Assembly (NCBI GenBank): GCA_024137785.1 | Contig: JAHRHZ010000009.1 | Span: forward strand, 27,303,874-27,367,873 | Length of the DNA: 64,000 nt | Reading direction: 5' to 3' | Source of the DNA: Ginglymostoma cirratum | Taxonomy: Eukaryota | Shown: positions 1 to 13,520 of the stretch, piece after piece | Layout of the letters: each line of letters begins with the position of its first letter | Position numbering within the stretch: position 1 is the stretch's first letter | Notes under the pieces: generated by a model | What the model saw: the letters and a program-made list of their open reading frames with translations, nothing else | Told to the model about the DNA's origin: nothing | Databases searched by the model: none | Made by a program: the position numbers and the translations under genes

Positions 1-3000
1 GAGAACTTCTAATCTCATGGCTTTCCTTCATGAGGACAACTGATGAAACATGTACTTTCTTTTTTTGCAGTATCCTGGAACTCTGGATCATGAATCCTTT
101 CATTTTGGCAGTAATATTTCCTGGATTTTCAGTCCAAGCGGTTTCTTGTTGATGGTATCCTGGATCTCAGAGTCCGGCAATTTCTTCTTGTACATGTCAT
201 GAATCTGTAGACATTGGTCACCCCATCTCATTGGTGGGTTACATGGCGTTGTATGCACCACATCTTCATTCTAAAGGAGCAGATATTTATTCTCAATGTG
301 CAAGCACATCTGTGTTGAACTGTTTAGTCTCTCTCCTTCAACATGTTCATAAGTTTGAATGCTTTCGTTTGTACATGGTGATTGCATTGCTGGTAGAACC
401 ATCATCTCTCTTTTTCAAATATACTACTTGTGAACTGCTTCTTATTTGATATGACCTCTGTCACTCATACTAAGGTTCTTCCTTGGAATATACAGGAATA
501 ACATGTTCCATTTAAAATGTAATCTTCTCAACAACTGGCCTTGTGCTCCAGTCTATCATTACTGTCTCTTTGCATTGTAGCCTGAATAGCATGAGTTAAA
601 GATTCAGCAATGAGCTCAAATGAGTTATATTGCTTATTTGCTGTCTCAACATTCACATTTCCTTGAAAAATTTGCTGATTCTTGCATTTTGAACTTTCCT
701 TAGAGTTGATAGCAATGTAAAACATTCTTGCCAACGCAGTACAATAACAGATTCTCATTTTACCAACAACATAAACCAAATTTCTGATGCCAGAATAACT
801 AACCTCAATGGAATCTTGGTTCAGTTTAGATTCTATTGTGAGCCTCGGAAGCCTTATGAAATCTTATCCCACTTGTCCCTCAATAGATTGTCCAGTAACT
901 AAAATTCATTTCACCTGTTGTTCCTGCTCAGCAGCTTATTGACCACTGGTTTCTTGACATCAATGGTTTCCACTGTTTGAAGTAGATTCAGGTCAAAACC
1001 TGCATTTCATTCTCAAGAGTTGATTCCATGATTGTGAAATATGGGCTGCAGCGTTGCTTGTAGCATGCATTTAATTTTAAGTGTTATGCCTCCTAATTGA
1101 ACTGCTGTTGGCTACAAGCAATGTTTCTTCAGCCATGGCATACTCCCTGCTAATAGTAACCCTGCATAAAGCTTAAGGTTACTGAGAAGGCCATTGACAT
1201 AAATAACCTTTTGCCAAAATCTAGCTTTGGACCCTTTATTTCTGTACAGGATTTGTTTGGGTTTTCTTCTGTTGTAGACTGTTTACTTCATGAATAGCTG
1301 TTTGACTTCTTGCTGTTCTGTGGTTATATTATACTTCAGCATATTTTCAGAAAGTGATCTATTTTGTTACAAATTAAGTGTTTTTTTAAAATCTTGACAC
1401 TGGTCGTGGCTGAGAGGTTTCCTTGCTCCAAAGCACTGACATTTGACTTTTAATATCTGATGTCTGTCTTTACTTGCTGCATTGCCTTTTAATGTACATC
1501 TTTAGGGGTTTAGTACCTTAAGATATGAATGGATTCCACTTTTGCTCTGTCATAGTATTAATATTTCTCTCTCAGGATTGATCAGTGGTGCTTCTGGGCT
1601 TCTGCTTGACTAACCAATTGAATGGCTTTCCCTAGAGTTAGATCTCCTCTTGACTTAGTATATCTGGCAAAATTCATAAGCAATTCTGACAATAATTCTA
1701 TCTCATATGAACTCTAGCTTTAAAACACTGTTGTTGTAACTTTCTGCTAAACTATAGAGAACATAAATGAAATTATCTATGGACTTGCCTTGACACTGAA
1801 CTCTTCAATTAAACCTTGCTCCTTAAAGAATTTGATTTGTTCTAAAGTTGAAGTAACAGTAAAGTGCTTTCAGAACTTGATCAAAAGTGTCTGTTGTGTC
1901 GTTTACTCGATGACAATCTATAATCTTATCATCTACAGCCTCTTTTGAATATTAGAGAGCATTTTTGTGCACAGCTTCAGATTCAGTATCTCATTTGGAA
2001 GAAAGATTCTCTAATTTGTATTCTATTCATCCATCTCTTAAAATTAAATCTTCCTGGCAATATTGTTTCTGCTATTATCTCTTTCTAATGTGATTATTTA
2101 TTTACATTTGAAGGAACAGGCTCCTACTGCAATATAACAATGCTGGTACTGCGTACTGCTGCACCAGAGTTTTCCCACTTGTGTAGTCAAAACGACGATT
2201 CCCATCTTTTTTCAGTAAAATAAATTATTCCCACCTTCTGAGTTAAGTGGACGATTGCGGCCTTCATCCATGAATTCCACGAATAAACAACTCTTGTTCT
2301 TTAATAACTTTACCAGATGAATCCCACTTCTCATGCACTACAAAACAATTCCTGCTCCTCTGCCAGATTTCTCAAGGTGATTCCTACTGTCCAACGCTAA
2401 TAATAATCCCTGCTGCTTCATTTTCTTCCTAAATGAATCCTGCTCTCATCAGTTTGCGTAAATGTTCCCGCCTTTACGGCACGTTAAATAATAGATTTCC
2501 TGTCTTTTCTGCTGCATCAATAGCTTCCTAACTTTTTCCATTTGCCAGTTTAGGCTTCTAATTTGCTCTGTTGTCTCTTCAGTTCTGGGTTTGTGACATT
2601 TTCATGTGTGTCTTGATTTTAAATAACTCTGTGGCCTTTGATTTTCAATGCAGCTCTGCATCTTGTAAGTATTTTTCTTACTTCTAACTTTCCCAGCTTG
2701 TACTGTTGCTTCTCTTTTGAAGTTCCTTTTCCTTGCCCACCAGGGATTTCAACTATACTCACTCTGCATCAGATGTCCCTTCACTCTCCAGCTGAACTTC
2801 AACTCAGGACTGTCCCTACTGATTATCAAGATGCAAATGCATCTGTTACCATCTAGGTATGACCAGTGTTCTAGCTCTGTGGAGTTTTAAGTTCACGCTG
2901 TCACAGTTGTACTTCTCTTAGCTGCCCAGGTCTGACATGCTTGTTACCATTGAATGTGGGCTTTGCCTTATTGAATTTTACCACAATATTCTTTCCTGAA

Positions 3001-3505
3001 GGTTTCTCAAATGTTCACCTTGTCTAGATTCTGATTGCCTGCTCAAACAGCCTTTTTAAAGCTGTGTGGGAAGGTTCTCAAGATCTGCATGGTTGCCAGT
3101 ATTTCACATGCTGCAGCTAAATGCAATCCACATTGTGCTTGCTGCCATGTGAATGCTCACCACAACTTATCAGGGTATAAGATTGGTCTGATAATTTTGC
3201 AGCCATCATCTTCTTCCTGGTAGGTATGCTTTTACTAATGTGATACAGGAGAACCAAGCGCTCATCTAATGAGAAGCGTTCTTTTTATCTTAAACAAGTT
3301 CTAGTTAGTTACGTGATGGCAACTATGTACAATTTACATGTTGGAGGTTGTTACTGAGGTCACAAGGAACACTGTGATGTTACGTTGTACTCCTGAGATC
3401 TGAGCTGTTCCCCAGTCCAAATGAACATAACATCGTCACATTGACTTAATGCTTAATGAATTCCTCAGCTTTAATTCTTTCAGACCTTTACGCCCTTATA
3501 CAACA
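1..3505 (-). mobile_element. Decayed Ty3/Gypsy LTR retrotransposon: 5' LTR (~3240-3505), gag relic and pol 3' relics
   Basis: Minus strand ~1600-1910 reads TFDQVLKALYCYFNFRTNQIL*GARFN*RVQCQGKSIDNFIYVLYSLAE...DRIIVRI...DLTL, which is Gypsy gag-like. The LTR begins TGTTGTATA on the minus strand. DNA similarity to the element at 44600-47390. Confidence 0.7.
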
Positions 3506-4559
3506 TTGAGATTGGAAGCCACATCCTAAGAGATGGAATGTTGAAGGGATAATTAGGGGAATTACCATTTGCCTGTTCTCATGCATTCACAGATTAATGT
3601 GCAGCTTTTTCATTTATTACAGAAAACAAGCTTATGTTTCAGTCAACATGATGTTAACAACACTTATTTAATGAAGAAATATCAAGTCATCACAACTATG
3701 GTAAAAGATCACTTTCAATCATGTTCTGATAGCAAAAATGTCCATGCGATCCAAATATGGCAGCTTTCTAATTTTTGATAAACATACATTTACCATCCTG
3801 TTATTCTGACTAATTCATTGTGGGTTTCACTTTAAAAGTCACATGATATGGGAATAGTTATTTTAATAAACAAGGATTTGCTTCACCATAGGTTATACAA
3901 AATATGAAGTTACAGAGCTTAGCAGGAAGCAGTTGGGTCAGCTGACAGTCTCTACAATTTTCAACTAATTTTGGTTGTACCAAATTGTCAGATCACCCAA
4001 TCTAAGTAAGTTTCATTATCTTTTGTTTTGGGTATTTAGATGTGCAGAACACCAGTAATCTGATGAATTAGGGCCCTTTGTGATAATTGTCCTTTTTTCT
4101 TACTCACTCATGGGACGTGGGCACCGCTGGCTGGTCCCGTAACTGGGAGCTGTCTAGTTTGCATGAAAAGGTTTATCTATTTCTGCTACAAGGCTTGTAG
4201 CACCTTGCGTGCCTGTTCACCACCTATCAACCACCGCTAAACATAACAGACTGCTTTTAGTTATTCCAGATTTAACGTGATTTCAGGCTACCCAACGATA
4301 ATCAAAGATTAAATTTGCACGTTTGCAAACACAATGGGCAGTACTGTTTAAATAATCTTCACAAGCTAACAGTGTAAGTTCAATTACTACACCAGCTGAG
4401 AAGGACTCTCTGCCCTCATCTCAAGTAAGGTCACCTTTAGGTTAAGCCACTACCAGTCACCTGCCCCTAATAAGGGGGCAGCATTATCATTCTGTAGGAC
4501 AATGGCTATTTTATCTTTACCTTTTACCTTATAATGGCAATAAATCATATAGACATGGT

Positions 4560-5030
4560 CAGAGATAGTAAGAGGTGCCAATGCTGGAGTCAGAGATAAC
4601 ACTGTGTGGAGCTGGAGATGGTTCTAAAGCAGGCCAGGTGACATCAGTAGAGCAGGAAAGTTGATGTTTTGGGTCAGGACCCTTCTTCAGAAATGGGGGA
4701 GGGGCAAGGGAGCTCCGAAATAAATAGAGAGAGGAGGGGTGGGACTGGGGAATGTGGGTGGGATGGTGATAGGTGACAGCAGGTAGGCAGTGGTGGGGTT
4801 TGGTCAGCGAGGTGGGAGGAGCAGATAGGTGGAAGAGAAGATGGATAGGTTGTGTCAGGTCAAGGAAGCGGGGATGAGAGGGAGGGTTGGTCATGGGATG
4901 AGGCCAGAGGGTTGGGGAGATTTTGAAACTGGTAAAGTCCACATTTAGGCCATTGGGCTGCAGGCTCCCAAGGCGGAATATGAGGTGCTATTCCTCCAGT
5001 TTCTGGGTGCATCAATGTGACACTATGCAA
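4560..5030 (-). mobile_element. Penelope-like retroelement 3' end: GIY-YIG endonuclease C-terminus plus tail with hammerhead-like motif
   Basis: Minus strand encodes QKLEE*HLIFRLGSLQPNGLNVDFTSFK, the PLE endonuclease C-terminal LxPxGLN motif. A pyrimidine-rich UTR follows, then CTGAAGAAGGGTCCTGACCCAAAACATC at ~4663-4690. Confidence 0.8.
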
Positions 5031-6609
5031 CATTGTGACATTATAGAAATGGTTGCGGTTATGGCAAGTATGCATGCTTACCTTCTAAAATGATCTTTCT
5101 TGAAAAAAATATTTACTGTCCCTTTCTGAAATGATAAAACTCTCAATTGTAAGTTTTACCTTAACAGATGTATATTTGAGATATTTTCATAATGTTCCTT
5201 CAGATATCATCCTAGCAGAGATTAAACATATTTAAAATGGATGGATTAACTGCTGAAAACTCACTTTCATGTTAACCGTTAATTTTGTTTTGAACCATTA
5301 TGCTAATTAGACATGAGTGTAGAAGAAGTGTACATGTTTGCAAACATTATAACATAAAACTCGCATCGCAGAAAAGATAAGAGTGTTGTTTATTTTTGCC
5401 TGAATACCTTGTGCTTCATTTAATTCCAAGCATGTGATAATTAATCTTTGTCCTAGTTGCCAACCCTGTTTGAATGTTGTTTTTGGAAATTCTCTGCTTT
5501 CGTAAACAGTAAAATTGTTAAGGTCCAGTTTTGAGGCATAGTTGTGACTTTGGATTGATCATCTCAAGTATTATTTTAATTTATTTTAATAATATTTATA
5601 CTGTTCTATTGTAATGAAAGGATTACACTGGCAGTAGGAAAATGTTCCAACAGGCTTGCATTTTGGTTTTTGAGAGCACAACTTGGTGAGTTGAAGCTGG
5701 AAATTCATATCTAAATACTCAGATTCTCAAAACTCAGTTTAATACACAACCGAGCTTGTGGGGTGATATTCTCAACTCTTGGTGCGCTGTTTACAGAATT
5801 ACTTAACTGTGAGTATTCTTCTTTCGAAACAAGCTGTTGAAGAAATCCATTACCTGGCTGACACCTTGAGCCAGATTTTTATTTCCAAGGCAGGCATCTT
5901 GAGTTGAAACATTTCCTGGTTTGAAAGACATACCTCAGATAAATTGCCACAACCGTCTTCATTTAGATTCCAGAGGAGTGGGTAAAGAATGGTGGCGGAC
6001 CCACTGTTCCCAGGTGTAAATCAGAAGTGGCCCCAGGGGCTACTGAGCAAAGGATGGGTTGTTTACAGGCCCACTTTGGTTCTCTGAAGCTTCATCTCTA
6101 TTGTTTCATTGAACATTAAGCCCTCTAGTGCTCACACCCCTTCAACTCCCCATCTACTGACTGTGTTCCTACATGGTCAACTAATGCCAACCCTTGCTCC
6201 TATCCATTTTATACCTATGCCAATTTAGTGCTAACACATACAAAACCATGACTCACCAACCACTTCTCCTACACCCTCCAAGCTAATTCACCCCATATCT
6301 ACCATAGGCAGACCTCAGGAGCCATGCTAATGCAAAATAAATAAAGTTTTTAATAGTTACTACAAAGTTCACAATATAAAAATAACATATTCATGAAAAC
6401 CTATTCAATACAGTTAAACTCTCTTGAGTATATAAAAATCTCTTGTAAAAACATTAGTATTTGTAATCCTATATCAAAGATAGCTAATTCTTTAATAACC
6501 TTTTTCAGCTGCCAATCAAATTTACAGTCAGCCACTCCCCCCTCCCACCATGATAATGTTAGATTGTGAAAAACGGCCAAGTATTAAATATATATTATGT
6601 AAGTACTTA

Positions 6610-7361
6610 GGGCTGAATCTTACCAGAAATCAGTGAAGTGTCAATTTTAGTGAGTCGTATGGAGGGTTTTTCTCTCTGAGGCCTAGCAAGTCTTTTCGGT
6701 CTACTTTAGAAAACTTGCATCATTAATAACATGATATGTTCCATGGAGCACCACTTGTCATATTCTATGACTAACCACAAACAGAAATACTGACTACTGC
6801 CAGAACGTTGCAGAATTCCTGGCACTTTAAAGCCCGGCCATGGACTCAGTGAAACACTAAAAGGCTACAGCTGCCCTGAAAGGTTTGTGGTATTTGCCCC
6901 AAACATGTGAACGAGGGCAATTGGCAACTCATTTTGCTGATGAGAACCTGGAGGTCTTGCTGGCTTGGGGGAGCGTACAGTCGCTGCTAGTGGAGTGTAA
7001 CCTGAGATCATTGTACCTGATGGAGGTCTCCAGGAGCAAGTAGCAAAGTGGTGTTGCTAGGCTACTACTCTGACTTGCATGAGGCGAATTGATGCTCTCT
7101 AGTTTCTATGCCAAGGGAGAATGGGAAACTGCGAATCCATGAGGTGAGGTTACACAATAATGAATTATCAATGGATGTTAATGCATGCAAATAATCTTCT
7201 TCCACTCATTAGTGAGAATCTCATCTCACGGTCCAATATTTGGTTGGAAAATTGAATATTTTGGTGTCGATGTTGGGAAGGTCCTCACTGCTAATCTCAG
7301 GCAAATCTTTGAACTTTCTTACCAATATGCATGTCACTCAGGGGCTGGGAAGATTCTGCCC
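6610..7361. mobile_element. PIF/Harbinger-like non-autonomous DNA transposon
   Basis: Terminal inverted repeats gggctgaatctt (6610) / aagattctgccc (7361) with TTA and TGA flanks (3-bp TNA-type TSD). An internal HFADENLEVLL relic resembles the start of a Harbinger Myb/SANT ORF. Confidence 0.6.
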
Positions 7362-8296
7362 TGAGAGTTAATTGAAAAAGTGAGAAAGTGTTTTTTCAAT
7401 TCTCACAGGAAGTTCTTTTGTGGTTGTAGAGAACTATCAAATTAGCATCAATTTTTTTTTTGTTTGTTTTTAATCAATTTAGCCTGACTGCTCTATAAAC
7501 TGATCAAGAATAATTTAAGAACATTTACACCCTCGCTGAAGGTCTGTCACTCTCACAGTGCAGAATTGGAACCTTGCTGCAATAACATTTAAAAATGGCC
7601 CCACTGTCCATCTTGGAAATCATATCCCACCCCATTCAGCCACCATTGAAAATAGGACCTGACAGAAATTGGGTTAGGTCTTGCACATCCCACTTGCCTT
7701 TGCTAAAAGGTCCCTTTGACTGAAAAATCTTGACTTTGGGGTTAGTTTTAAACAGATTGAATAATGATATTTTACAAATATTGTTTCAACGCTGTGCTGA
7801 ATGATCAAAGCAGAAAGATGGAAGAAAAAAATCCATTAAAAATGTTTTTGAACTGTTAAAAAATTCAGAATCATTAAAGAAAAGTGAGCAAAAGTAGAAT
7901 GGAATCAAAGTAGAATGATGTAAATGATCATTTCAGTTAAATAAGAGATAAAAACATTAAAACATTAAAAAATGTGTGTCTAAATAATAGTTAGTGAGAG
8001 ACCACATTTGGAAAGGGAAAATCTTGCGCTCAAAATATAAAACTTAAACAGTATGATAAATGAGAATGTCACTGAAATTTAAAGTCAATAGTCAGAGATG
8101 AGGGGTTTCAGCCAGCATGCAGAGATCAAGGTAAAATAAGTCTAGATAATTGGAAGTGGAATCACAATGTCGGATTAACATTCATCCGTTTGTTGCAATT
8201 CAAAGAGCACACAAATGTGGTGTTTAGTTAAATGATAGTGATATCCAGTTAGATGCGCTGTTGCATGTCTGTGCACGTCAGCAAGGGGATGAAATA

Positions 8297-8433
8297 CATA
8301 GAGTTATAGAGTGATACAGTACGGAAACAGACCCTTCAGTCCAGCTTGCCCGTGCTGACCAGACATCCTAACCTGACCTAGTTCTATTTGCTAGTATTTG
8401 AACCATATCCCTCTAAAGCCTTCCTACTCATAT
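8297..8433 (-). mobile_element. CR1 LINE 3' tail fragment
   Basis: catagagttatagag...cagtacggaaacagacccttc is the reverse complement of the CR1 3' end seen at 45990-46037. Confidence 0.7.
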
Positions 8434-9559
8434 GTGAGGTGGATGCCACTTAAAGTGAGCCAGAATTACTTAAAGTTAGCATGCACCTCATAAAGGGGAA
8501 GTATAAATTAATCATAGCAAAAATTGGGTGAGCTCGTGGAAGACTATCTGGCAAGAAGAGTAAAAATGGCTCAACATTTCAGGTAGTGGGATCCAACGTT
8601 TTTTTGATTCAGCATTTGAGGCTTTGTTCAGCGGGGTGGACAGGATTAGCTAGGTACTTTATCCATTGTGGACCAGGGATTCCTTCCGGACAGACATTGC
8701 GAAGGCATTGGGATGGATAGTTTAGCAAAGAATGCTAGAAATTTAGCCTAGCAGAATGTAGTATTGAAATAATTTCAGTTAACTTATAGGAGTGCTCAAA
8801 GTCATTGGATAATGCATTTTCAAATAGATCATGTCTCAGAAACAATTCTTGATACACAACCAGATTTAATGATAAACATTAAAAACTATAATGTTTATTT
8901 CCAGCTTTTAAAGCATTGGCCTATTATACCACTAATGTTGAAAATGGGAAATATTAGCCTTATTTATTTCTAGACATGCTGCCTTCAGACATGTTACTGA
9001 AGGGCTAGAAGGATAATAATGAATGATCCATTATCTACAGAGAATTTCATGCTATTATGTATATGTTAAGGCACTAAGGCTTCTTTCTTTCGAAGGATTT
9101 TTTTGTTGGCATTAATTCTGGAAAACGAATTTTATCCTTTTTTGATCACAGCCACAATGATGCGCCTGATGCATTGAAGCATCTGACTGACGCCTACTTG
9201 ACCTTGTTTAGTCTGCAGCAAGAGGCAGGGTTAGATGGCACTGGTTCGAATATACACAAATACACAGGAAATAACTGAACAGTACAACTGCTGTATACAG
9301 TGAGAGCCCTTTCACATGCCATTTGTCAGGATTGACAAAGTTATTTACAACCAAACTTTCCACTGATTCTGAAATGACTGAAAATACATATCAGGAAGAC
9401 TTTCCAACTTTATTCTCATTCACTGGGAATGTAATTGTGAGTCTATTTTTATTTTGTTGGAATTGCCAAGAGGTATGTTTTATTTCAATTGGGTATGTGC
9501 TTGTTTAACCTAACTCCTAGTAGAACTGTTCTATATTCTGTTGTACTCTGGTCAAATTT

Positions 9560-10290
9560 CTATCATCAGCTTCTTTCTGATTTTCATCTACATGGTGCTC
9601 TTTCATAATGTCATGTGAAAATACAGCATCAGTTTCCACATATATATTAATGATGCCCAGTGCTGCTACTGCCTCTGTCAGCCCCTCCCGTGTACCAGAA
9701 TTGTCAGACTGCTTGACCAACATCCAGTACTGCATGAGTAGAAAATTTTCTTTAATAACATGTCGAGAGTGTCAAAGCAATTTGCAGATATGCATTTATA
9801 CATCGCACACTTGCGGCTTACCACTGTCACCTGACCTTTACAGTAACTTGCTTTCACTGTTGAATGAGTAGCCATTAAACACATTATATGAAACAGCCTC
9901 ACGCTGACTAACCAACATTGGCTCATGGTTAAGCAATGGCTTGATTTTAAAATTCTTATCCTTTTTCATGGCCTCAACCGTCTGTATCTTTCTAATCTTT
10001 TCCAGTTCCATAACCCTTTGAGAAAACTGCATTCTTTAACCTCTGGCTCCTTAAGCATTCCTGATTTTAATTGCTCTACCATTCATTGCTGCCAGAATCC
10101 TAATCTCTAGAATTCCCTCCCTAAACTGGCCCATTCCCTCTACCTTGCCTAAATCATTTAAGACATTTAACCAAATCTGTCCCTGTAACCAAACATTTGG
10201 CTATGTGCATGAATATTTTCTGTTTTGTTTTATTGGCCATTGTGAAATGTCTTGGAGCAGTTTATCAATTTAAAGTCACCATATATGAAA
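9560..10290 (+). mobile_element. Decayed L2 LINE 3' portion
   Basis: HWLMVKQWLDFKILIL...HGL...YLSNL is the L2 ORF2 C-terminal motif (LHWLPV..RI.FKIL), followed by an L2-type 3' tail. Confidence 0.7.
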
Positions 10291-10329
10291 CAGAATCAGA
10301 TCAACCTGTAAGTACTGTGGCTTCAAGAG

Positions 10330-10790
10330 AAGGTCAGAGGTCAACAATGTTGCAATGAGTAATTCATCCCCTTAGCTGATTCCCCCAAAACTTGTACACT
10401 GCCCATTAAGCGCAAGTCAGAAATATGATGGAATACTGTCAGTTTCCCTGGATGGGCACAACTTCAACCATGCCCAAGAAGTTCAATGCAATCCAGAACA
10501 AAGCACCTTGCTAGATTGACTGAATTAGCACCCCATCTGCCACATTCACCACCATATGGAAGTTCCACTTCAAGCCACATACCATCCTGATTGGTTAATA
10601 TATCTTCATCTCTTCACTGTCACTGACTGGGTCAATGTCTTGGAACTCCTTCCTAGCAGCGCTCTGGGTGTATCTAAGCCCCCAGCAGTGGTTCAAAATG
10701 GCAGCTCACTGTCATCTTTTCAAGAGTAATTAGGGATGATCAATAAATGTTGCCCTACAAACAACACTACATCCCATGCACACATTTAAA
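10330..10790 (+). mobile_element. CR1/L2-group (Crack/Daphne-like) LINE 3' end
   Basis: KAQVR.MMEYC...W......KKFNAIQNKA RT C-terminal motif and tail taattagggatgatcaataaatg. Homologous to 39455-39845 and 50590-51300. Confidence 0.65.
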
Positions 10791-11956
10791 AACATTCTTA
10801 AGTACAAGTTTTTGTTGCATTGAGAAAAAACATTTACTCACCTTAAGTTTGGTCTATTTCTTAGAACCACTTCAAATATTTATCAACTATAATGCTCTTT
10901 TTTTCTTCCCTGGTGTCCAATTTAGTCATGGAGCAAAAGTTGATACTTTTAAAAGAATTGCATATTCAGAACCAACTTTAAAGGGTTGTCTTGTGGCTAA
11001 GCATAAGTTCCTATTTACATAATCATATCACGATGGACTGAGCAAGTTTAAGATTAATGATTACGTTTGTTTTACTCAAGTATCTCACTACAATCCAATG
11101 ACATGTTGTAAATCATATTTGCTCAAAAAGGGTCTTCATAAAACCTATTTGATATTTCATTGAATAAAGACAAAAAAATTGACATTTGTGTGTTGTAATT
11201 ATCAGTCACTTCACACCATGAAATGCAGGAAGGTTGATTGGAAAGCACTAAACAGCATCTGCAGGTTGGAGCAATTGATTACAATGTCAAGTCTCAATCA
11301 AATCCTTGTGGGTCCCAAATCCAACAACGAAGCTAAAGTTAGGTTTATTGGGGCATCCTGTCCTTTGAAAGGAATGTTCAAGCATGGTTCAATCTGGAAG
11401 ATGTTAAATGTTCTATGGGACTATTCCAAAAAGAATAGGGATGTTCTGACTGCATTCCTTTGTGAAGCAGCCGTGGCATCCTATAACCAGGTGAGGAAGA
11501 ATGCAATTGGCTCCCCTCTTTTAACACCTCTTGTTTGGTTGAAACAAATATTTTTGTTTCTTGTTAGCATGCATATCAATTCAATCTCACATCAATCCAA
11601 AGTATAACTAACCAAATGAGCCAATTGCAATGTTTTCTTAAGTGAAAGAATAATAAATTTTATTACCCCCTAACCCCAGAAAAAAAATAATAAAAATGTG
11701 ACAGAAACACAGGTCACAAATTTACAAAAGATGAAAGTGTCTCGTACTGACAGGAAGAATAAAAACAACACTGTTTAAAAGTCCTTAGAGTCTTTGACGA
11801 ATTACATTTTTAACCTGAGATCACATTTGCTTAATTATTGACTGGTATTGTCAGCAGTGTTGAGGCTTGTAGATACCCTTGAGTTTTCAGTGACTGGTTA
11901 TTTCTCCAACTTACTTTTCCACCAAGAATTGGCTTCTGAGTTGAGAGAAACAGGGG

Positions 11957-11982
<26 letters not shown>
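11957..11982 (+). repeat. (GA)n microsatellite
   Basis: About 13 perfect GA units. Confidence 0.95.
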
Positions 11983-11988
<6 letters not shown>

Positions 11989-12582
11989 CATTTTTTACAT
12001 ACAATTATTTTTCCTTCTCTCTTCCCTGCTGCTAAAACTGGTTTGCATATTTCCAAGATGGACTCCATTGTCTTTCCAAGCTGAACAATTGCAGGCCTCC
12101 TTTGATACATGCACTTATCATACAAGTGTGGATTAAAATAGGAGGTTCAAATTTCTTGACTCAGTTGGCTGGTTTTGCTGTTTTCAGTTAAAATAGTCAT
12201 TTTAGCATAGATAGTTGTGTTTATGGCCTCCTGACCTGCTTCAATCTGTGGTCAATTTATCACAGCACCATTTTAAGTCAACATTTGCTATTCCCTACCC
12301 CTGCTACTTTTAAAAAAAATTTGACATGACATTCAGAACAAGTACCTGGCAGATCCAGCTTGACTTCTGCTCCTCTAGGTCTCAGCCTTGTAGAGCAGTC
12401 ACAAACATCTTAAGTTAAGCACTAATTGCCTCCATTCCCCATCCACAGCGGTTAGTGTTGGACAAGTGCTAGCCTGTCTGCATTATCAAGACCAGCAGCA
12501 ATGGAATGAGGCCCTTAAATTGGCATGAAGTGACCCTTTGGTGGGTAGGGTAGGGAGTGCCTAACACTGTCCCCTACTTTTG

Positions 12583-12817
12583 CATGGGATATGGGCTTCA
12601 TTGGCTCGCCTGACATTTATTGCCCATCCCTAATTGCGCAGAAGGGATTTTCCTGACAATCGGCAACAATTCCACAGTCATCATTAGACTCTTAATTCCA
12701 GATTTTTTTATTGAATTCAAATTCTGTGCTGATGGGATTCGGACCTGGAACTTAGAACACTACCTGGATCTCAGGATTAGTAGTTTAGCAATACCATGAC
12801 TCGGTCATCGCCTCCTG
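12583..12817 (-). mobile_element. Shark tRNA-head SINE with Crack-like LINE tail
   Basis: Minus strand starts ggaggcgatgaccgagtcatggtattg (A-box-like head) and ends aattagggatgggcaataaatg, the same tail as the LINE at 10330-10790. Homologous to 26705-27075 and 52508-52730. Confidence 0.7.
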
Positions 12818-12999
12818 CCAGAATTGTCGCCATTCAGTTGCTCTCTGGTGCGCAGAAGAATAAGAAAATGCATTCAATGAGGTGAGATAATGGACAAAAA
12901 TCATGAAACTGCAAGCAAGTAGTTCTCTTGCCATTCACTAACAAGATTTTCATCTCACTGATTCAAAACCTGATTACAGAATCAGACTTTTCTTGATGT

Positions 13000-13520
13000 C
13001 GAGAATCTCCTTCCTGTTGATTTCTCCATTTTTCCCCAACTGTCTCACCATTGCTCACATCATTCAGGGACTAGAAAGATTCTGCCCAACTACTCCAATG
13101 ACTCCTTGGCTGATTTCCCACATTTATTGCTCTATAAACTTGAGGGCATTCAAAACCCATCAGCCAGTGACTTATCAAACGTGTGCTCACTGATATACAT
13201 TGTTTCTCAATAAAACACACCTTGATTTTACATATTTTCAAAGCCATTCTGAGCCTTACTGCTACCGATATTTGTAATCTAGTTCAATCCCACAACCTTC
13301 GGAAATCTCTACTCTCCCCAAATACTATCATCTTGAGCATCCCCATTTTAATCACTCTACCAGTGATGACAATATATTTAATTACCTGGGTACTGAACTT
13401 TGAATTCCCAGCCCGTGTACCAACCTCTGCCCTCCCTCTGTCTCTACCTCACCTTCGTCCTTTAAGATTCTCCTTAAAGTCTACTTCTTTGACCAAGATT
13501 TTGATAATCTTGCCAAAGAT
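13000..13520 (+). mobile_element. Decayed L2 LINE fragment
   Basis: Similar to the 9900-10200 L2 3' region (ttgattttacatattttcaaagcc...ctacttctttgaccaag). Confidence 0.55.

Noticed and set aside
11179-11607. 142-aa plus-strand ORF
   Set aside because: No recognisable domain, TTG start and no supporting splice context. Likely a chance ORF.
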